A stretch of DNA of 64,000 nt, from contig CBDEFQ010000006.1 of NCBI GenBank assembly GCA_965237485.1, positions 273,506 through 337,505 of the forward strand, given 5' to 3'. A model generated the notes under the pieces. It worked only from the letters and a program-made list of their open reading frames with translations, was not told the origin of the DNA and did no database searches. Both the position numbers and the translations under genes were made by a program. Shown here piece by piece: positions 63,202 through 64,000 of the stretch (position 1 is its first letter; each line of letters opens with the position of its first letter). The stretch is from Candidatus Poriferihabitaceae bacterium (GTDB lineage Bacteria > Pseudomonadota > Gammaproteobacteria > Arenicellales > Poriferihabitantaceae).

Positions 63202-63995
63202 TCAATCTCGCTTACCTTGCACAATGCGATTCAAGATCATGGCGCAAAACAAAATCGCAAACCCAGCCAGTATCCCTTGTCCCACTGAGGAATACTGAAG
63301 AGCCTCCAGCACATCCTCACCCAGACCCTTGGCACCAATCAGAGATGCCACCACGACCATTGCAAGACTTAGCATAATTGTCTGATTGACACCTGCAAGA
63401 ATCGACGGGGCAGCCAAGGGAAGATCAACCTTGGTCAGTAAATACCATTTACTTGCCCCATAGGCGATGGCTGCCTCGCGAATTGACTCTGGAACCCCGC
63501 GCATGCCGAGGACTGTCAGCCTTACAACAGGCGTACCACCAAATATCATCGTGGTGATTACCGCTGCAGGCTTACCGACACTGAAGAACGCAATAACCGG
63601 AATCATGAACACAAAGGATGGCATGGTTTGCATAAAATCCATTATGGGACGAATAACTGCGTAGAAACGGTGGTGCCTTGCGCAGAACAAAACCCCAGCG
63701 GGATGCCTAGGCAGATCGACAACAACGCTGCGGTGCCCAGTAGTGCCAGTGTTGTCATGGCCTTTTCCCAAAATCCAAACAGCCCCATGTACGCGAGAAA
63801 GCACGCCGCTGAGACCGCACCTGCCAAACCAGCAGACAACCAAGTTAACAAAATGATGAAGCTCGCAATGACAGGCCAGGGGCTGGATACAAAGATCACT
63901 TCGAGTCCGTCAAGAACAACTCGAATACCATAGGAAATGGAATCGAATACGTATTGTCCTCCTGAGCGAACAACGTCAAATAGTCGCTCAATCAC
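63202..63995 (-). pseudogene. ABC transporter permease (glycine-betaine/proline ProW-type), frameshifted as assembled
   Basis: Two overlapping ORFs (63642-63995 and 63202-63843) are halves of one BPD-type permease (…LGIPLG / VLFCARHHRFYAVIRPIMDFMQTMPSFVFMIPV…). The frames join if the C4 run at 63693-63696 (G4 on the coding strand) is 5 nt long. The N-terminus may extend beyond the window. Confidence 0.7.
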
Positions 63996-64000
63996 GCTAA

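Overview
This is a chromosomal window from a moderate-GC gammaproteobacterium, species not identifiable from sequence alone. Gene order resembles Pseudomonas and marine Oceanospirillales or Alteromonadales. Most of it is core housekeeping: rimO, ppsR/ppsA, an SLC13 transporter, rne, fabG-acpP-fabF-mltG-tmk-holB-pilZ-tatD, adhC-fghA, yggX, an iscA-like gene, clpS-clpA, mltA, an agmatinase-family gene, a complete ccmABCDEFGHI operon, uvrA, MFS-ssb, htpX, one tRNA-Ser(GGA) and soxBDAG. Two accessory patches interrupt it. (1) At 35.3-44.3 kb a decayed comM 3' remnant is followed by nested insertion sequences. An IS256-family copy is split by an IS66-family element, which is itself split by an IS5-family element and a 163-bp MITE. 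After these come a truncated IS5 end, a truncated desaturase gene, a 140-bp MITE, an EamA gene and a further rve-type IS. (2) At 51.5-55.5 kb, tRNA-Ser is preceded by two tandem truncated copies of itself. It is followed by an IS21-family element whose istB carries a second, identical copy of the 163-bp MITE, and by a truncated, nonsense-mutated M24 peptidase gene next to soxBDAG. I found no CRISPR array, no rRNA, and no multi-gene defence, secretion or biosynthetic system that I can support. The noteworthy signals are small: two MITE families with clean target-site duplications, a 139-bp palindromic element filling the clpS-clpA intercistronic gap, the tRNA-Ser-derived tandem repeat, an uncharacterised HExxH membrane ORF translationally coupled to ccmI, and an AT-rich insert between ccmB and ccmC. 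All functional calls rest on my recognition of translated motifs and synteny. No database search was run.
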